Shown piece by piece: positions 60,677 to 64,000 of a stretch of 64,000 bases of DNA. The translations under genes and the position numbers were made by a program. The stretch comes from an uncultured Christensenella sp. Its GTDB lineage: Bacteria > Bacillota > Clostridia > Christensenellales > Pumilibacteraceae. Where the stretch lies: contig CAJTTD010000011.1 of NCBI GenBank assembly GCA_910579205.1, forward strand, positions 4,417 to 68,416. The letters run 5' to 3'. The notes below the pieces were generated by a model. That model had not been told where the DNA came from, searched no databases, and saw only the letters and a program-made list of their open reading frames with translations. How positions within the stretch are numbered: the stretch's first letter is position 1; every line of letters begins with the position of its first letter.

Positions 60677-61624
60677 ATGTCAAACGTTAGCAACGAAAAG
60701 CATCTATTGTTTCGTGTCGATAAACAAGCCGATCACGAAAACATAGTCAAGATCGCGCGGGCGTTCGCTTCCGAAGAGCGCCTTGCTATACTCAAGTTCA
60801 TGCTCAATAGATCCGTAAGCGTTTCCATGATCGCAAGCGAGCTGGATATGCCTATATCGAGCGTATCGCGACACATAGACGTTTTGGCAGACGCGGGGCT
60901 TATAGCCATAAACTATCAGCCCGGGCTTAAGGGACACACCAAGTTCTGCGCGCAAGCCGTGCTCGACACCAAATTTACGCTCGAAGCGGTGAGCGCGGAA
61001 AAGAAATCGACATCGTTCTATGTGGAGATGCCCATCGGCATGTACTCGGACTGCAAGATAAACGCGCCGTGCGGCATGATAGGCAAAGACGCGACGCTCG
61101 GCGCATACGACGATACCAAACTGTTCTTTTCGCCCGAGCGCGCGCAAGCGGAATGTCTTTGGTTTGAATCCGGGCGCATCGCCTACGTATTTCCCACGCC
61201 TACCGAAAAGAAGCAAGATCGCCACCGCATAAGCTTTTCGCTCGAGATATGTTCGGACACGCTGTACTACAACAACGACTGGCCGAGCGACATAACGGTA
61301 AAGATAAACGGCATAGAATGCCTCACGTTCACGTCCCCCGGCAACTTCGGCGGCAAGCGCGGAAAAAACACGCCCATGTATTGGCCTGTTACAAGCTCGC
61401 AGTTCGGACAGCTCAAAAAGATATCGGTGGACACGGACGGCGTTTACTTGGATAATGTGTTTTGCCACAAACAAGTTACGTTTGCCGATCTGCACTTGTT
61501 CGACGCCGATAACATACGGTTTGAACTTGAAGTAAAAGAGGACGCCGTACACCGCGGCGGCATAACGCTGTTCGGAAAAAACTTCGGCGATTTCGATCAA
61601 TCGATAATAATGAAGATATCTTGA
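60677..61624 (+). CDS. ArsR-family winged-HTH regulator with a ~200-aa C-terminal domain
   Basis: It carries IARAFASEERLAILKFMLNRSVSVSMIASELDMPISSVSRHIDVLADAGLI. The overlapping 318-aa minus-strand ORF is Arg-rich shadow sequence. Confidence 0.75.
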   Translation: MSNVSNEKHLLFRVDKQADHENIVKIARAFASEERLAILKFMLNRSVSVSMIASELDMPISSVSRHIDVLADAGLIAINYQPGLKGHTKFCAQAVLDTKFTLEAVSAEKKSTSFYVEMPIGMYSDCKINAPCGMIGKDATLGAYDDTKLFFSPERAQAECLWFESGRIAYVFPTPTEKKQDRHRISFSLEICSDTLYYNNDWPSDITVKINGIECLTFTSPGNFGGKRGKNTPMYWPVTSSQFGQLKKISVDTDGVYLDNVFCHKQVTFADLHLFDADNIRFELEVKEDAVHRGGITLFGKNFGDFDQSIIMKIS

Positions 61625-61651
61625 GACTATCTTACGCCCGTAAAAAAATCG

Positions 61652-61685
61652 ACCGCGCAAAGCCTATGCTATTGCGCGGTTTTTA
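61652..61685. terminator. Bidirectional terminator between convergent genes
   Basis: A 9-bp stem pairs ACCGCGCAA (61652-61660) with TTGCGCGGT (61672-61680). An A-run lies upstream and TTTTA downstream. Confidence 0.6.
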
Positions 61686-61721
61686 TAGTCTTATTTAACG
61701 ATACATATCGACATTACACCG

Positions 61722-62978
61722 TTATTCTTGTTCTCCTTCCGCTTCTTTGCGGCGGGATATTTTGTATTGCTTGACCAAAAGCGGCGCTGTGCGTGCAGCC
61801 AAAACAGCCAAGTATGTCAAGGCGGCAGCAACTACCACTGCCGCGCCGCTCGCGAAAACGCCCGTTACTATTGCCGCCGCCGCCGCAAACAACGCGGGCC
61901 AATGCGCGTACGAGCCGACTATCTTTGCGCTGTCCGCAAAAGAACCGCCAAGCTCTATGCGCAAGCCGCGACAAACGAGCCAGCACAAGACCATGACCGC
62001 GGCGATAGTAAATTCGGTGAGCAGCAGCGTTATAAAACTCATCATAAAGTCGGAAAAGAACAACGCCGTCAAGCCGTCGTAATACCCGCTTTTGATAAAT
62101 TCGTCCACCGTCTTTTCTTTTTGCGATCGCGTGTCGCCGTCGGCAAACTCCAGTCCGTCTTTGCCGTAGCTCATGCCGAAGTCCACGTGTTTGCCCGTAC
62201 CCGTTACGAACGATCCCGTTATCATATCACCGAATATACAAAAGTATTTACCGTTGGACGGCAAGATGTAATTGTAATAATAGTAGCCGCGGAGAGTGGG
62301 GACGTTTTCACCGCTCGCCGCGTTCATATCGGGATAGTAGTACGAAACGTAAAGTTCGTACAAAGCATTGTTGTACTGTTGGGGCGAGACGGTAGCTTTG
62401 CTATCGTCCGCTTCTTTCAGATCGGACTCGGCGGCTTTTACCGTCAATAAATATTCGCGGTACTTTTTGGCCGATACGTCGTCAACCGTCTTTATCTTTC
62501 CGCTGTGCTCCACCGTGAAAACATAGCTTAGTCTGTCCTCTTTGGATAACTCCAGATAACTCTCGTAAGATATATCTTCGCCGCCATCGGTATTTTTGCA
62601 GTACGCAATAAAATCGTCGTAAGACGAAACATTGTTGTGATCGACTATAAAACCGTAGCCGTCTTTGTCCGCTTTGCCGTCCGCAAAAGTGTTTACTACG
62701 GCTTTTTCGCCGCCGATCGTAACATCCGCGCCGTCCGCGTAAGTTATTATGCGAACATCTCCGTCTATCACCGACTCGTAAACGAACTCGCGAAACACGC
62801 GCGCATTGGAGTAGTCTGCACCGAACATAGCGTAATTGCCTACGAATACTCCTATAAATACGAATATCGCGGCAAGCACCGCAGTTACCAGCACCATGCC
62901 CGCGCCGTACTCCGTGCTCTCCGCGGCGCATTTGTCAGAGAACATGGATAGACCGAAGCGTTTCCACCAATTTTTCAC
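61722..62978 (-). CDS. Membrane protein, unknown function
   Basis: It has an N-terminal TM helix, a ~270-aa extracytoplasmic domain and about 3 C-terminal TM helices. No motif recognised. Confidence 0.55.
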   Translation of the reverse strand: MKNWWKRFGLSMFSDKCAAESTEYGAGMVLVTAVLAAIFVFIGVFVGNYAMFGADYSNARVFREFVYESVIDGDVRIITYADGADVTIGGEKAVVNTFADGKADKDGYGFIVDHNNVSSYDDFIAYCKNTDGGEDISYESYLELSKEDRLSYVFTVEHSGKIKTVDDVSAKKYREYLLTVKAAESDLKEADDSKATVSPQQYNNALYELYVSYYYPDMNAASGENVPTLRGYYYYNYILPSNGKYFCIFGDMITGSFVTGTGKHVDFGMSYGKDGLEFADGDTRSQKEKTVDEFIKSGYYDGLTALFFSDFMMSFITLLLTEFTIAAVMVLCWLVCRGLRIELGGSFADSAKIVGSYAHWPALFAAAAAIVTGVFASGAAVVVAAALTYLAVLAARTAPLLVKQYKISRRKEAEGEQE

Positions 62979-63014
62979 TTTCGCTTTTTCCTTAGGCAGT
63001 TTGTCCCGTACTCA

Positions 63015-64000
63015 TTACACTACGGTGAGTTTGCCGTTGCGTATCTCGACGGTAACAGCCAAACGTATATCGCGCGACGAACTGCCGACGAGTATTTTGT
63101 ATACTCCGTCGTTTACCCGCCAACCGTCGTCCGCCGTCGAATAGTAAGCAAATGCGCGGCTGTCGAGCTTGAGCTTGAACTTTGCCGTTTTTCCCGCTTG
63201 TATCTCCGCCTTGGCAAAGCCTTTAAGCTCCTTGATCGGTCTGTAAACAACTGGCGCTATTTCCGATACGTACAACTGTACAGTCTCTTTGCCGCTAACG
63301 TCGGAAACGTTTTTAACGTCAAACTCCGCGCACACGTCCAAACCGCTTCCGACTATCTTAAGATCGGAATACTCGAACCGCGAATACGACAATCCGAATC
63401 CGAACGGATACATTATATTTTGCGGCTCGCGGTCGTAATATCTGTAGCCTACGTCTATTCCGTCCGTATACCGCGTTACCGACGTGTCGATATACGACCG
63501 AGCCACGGGCGACGCATCGAAGCATACGGGGAAAGTTTCGGACAGCTTGCCGCTCGGGTTGACCTTGCCGCACAAAACGCCGCACAAAGAGTCGAGACCG
63601 CGCTCGCCGCAGAACCCCGCGTACACTATGCCCTTTACCTTGTCCGCCCATGCGCTGACGTCTATCGCCGAGCCCGCAAAAAGCACGACGACCGTTTGGG
63701 GATTGACGGCGGCAAGATCGAGTATTGCGCGTTCTTGCGCGACGGGCAGTTTCATGGTGGGGCGGTCAAACGATTCAAGCTCGAACGGCACGCCCGTGCC
63801 CGCGCAAACGACGGTTACGTCGGCGGTCGCCGCGTTTATCCGTCCGATATTGGGTTTTGCGGCAAAATGCCCGTAGCCGTTAGTTCCCAAAACCTTGTCG
63901 TAATAGAACATTGTTTCGTATGCGACTTGCGCGCCCTCTGCTTTCAGAAGCTGCTCGAGATCGAACTTTTCCGTAAGAGTAACTACGCGCGAGCTGCCGT
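63015..64000 (-). CDS. Glycoside hydrolase family 3 (beta-glucosidase-like), C-terminal part; N-terminus outside the window
   Basis: The track ORF is 63015..63911, but the frame has no stop up to base 64000 (checked codon by codon). KLSETFP and YPFGFGLSYS are GH3 C-domain motifs, followed by an Fn3-like tail. Confidence 0.8.
   Translation of the reverse strand, partial: GSSRVVTLTEKFDLEQLLKAEGAQVAYETMFYYDKVLGTNGYGHFAAKPNIGRINAATADVTVVCAGTGVPFELESFDRPTMKLPVAQERAILDLAAVNPQTVVVLFAGSAIDVSAWADKVKGIVYAGFCGERGLDSLCGVLCGKVNPSGKLSETFPVCFDASPVARSYIDTSVTRYTDGIDVGYRYYDREPQNIMYPFGFGLSYSRFEYSDLKIVGSGLDVCAEFDVKNVSDVSGKETVQLYVSEIAPVVYRPIKELKGFAKAEIQAGKTAKFKLKLDSRAFAYYSTADDGWRVNDGVYKILVGSSSRDIRLAVTVEIRNGKLTVV

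Noticed and set aside
63875-63885. An 11-nt match (AGCCGTTAGTT) to the 5801/30969 repeat family inside the GH3 gene.
   Set aside because: Only the first 11 nt match, the match lies within a conserved coding region, and the hairpin partner is missing. This is most likely chance.

Overview
This 64-kb window looks like a spore-forming Firmicutes/Clostridia-type chromosome: spoIIE is present, AGGAGG-type RBSs are strong, and there are many TTGACA-17-TATAAT promoters. Hand counts on single 60-nt lines give about 55% G+C in core genes. I support about 55 CDS, and all but 5 are on the minus strand.

Gene order, left to right:
- split aconitase-X (DUF126/DUF521) plus an enoate-reductase-type flavoenzyme
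- a lipoprotein
- a degenerate radC-like gene behind an XRE gene that carries an in-frame TAA
- NrdG-like and DegT-like genes
- two tandem DUF2207-like membrane proteins
- a PflX-like radical SAM gene overlapping a DUF2726 gene
- the rpmH-rnpA-yidD-yidC-jag cluster
- an AT-rich cassette: a SIR2-like protein plus a 911-aa HExxH protein
- a ttcA-like gene
- Lrp, aminotransferase, ECF sigma and anti-sigma
- aconitase and guaA
- an AT-rich RiPP-like cluster: a Cys-rich precursor, a radical SAM/SPASM enzyme, a TM-LRR protein and an unknown 252-aa protein, behind a Gly-rich lipoprotein and a divergent XRE regulator
- typA, leuA and spoIIE
- an ~18-kb glycan-utilisation locus: GH36, a GH63/37-like enzyme, an SGNH hydrolase, an ADP-ribosylglycohydrolase-fold protein, a 1588-aa lipoprotein, an SBP, a lipoprotein, two permeases and GH2
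- an ArsR-like regulator, a membrane protein and a partial GH3

I saw no rRNA, tRNA, CRISPR array, integrase or transposase.

The two best candidates for an undescribed system are:
1. The SIR2 + HExxH-partner cassette at 17646-22000, a putative anti-phage NADase system that fits none of the named SIR2 systems I know.
2. The radical-SAM RiPP cluster at 31064-34290, whose precursor has eight Cys at exact Cx3C periodicity.

All calls come from reading the supplied ORF track and hand translation or alignment. No database search was run, so family names are pattern recognition and should be confirmed with profile searches.
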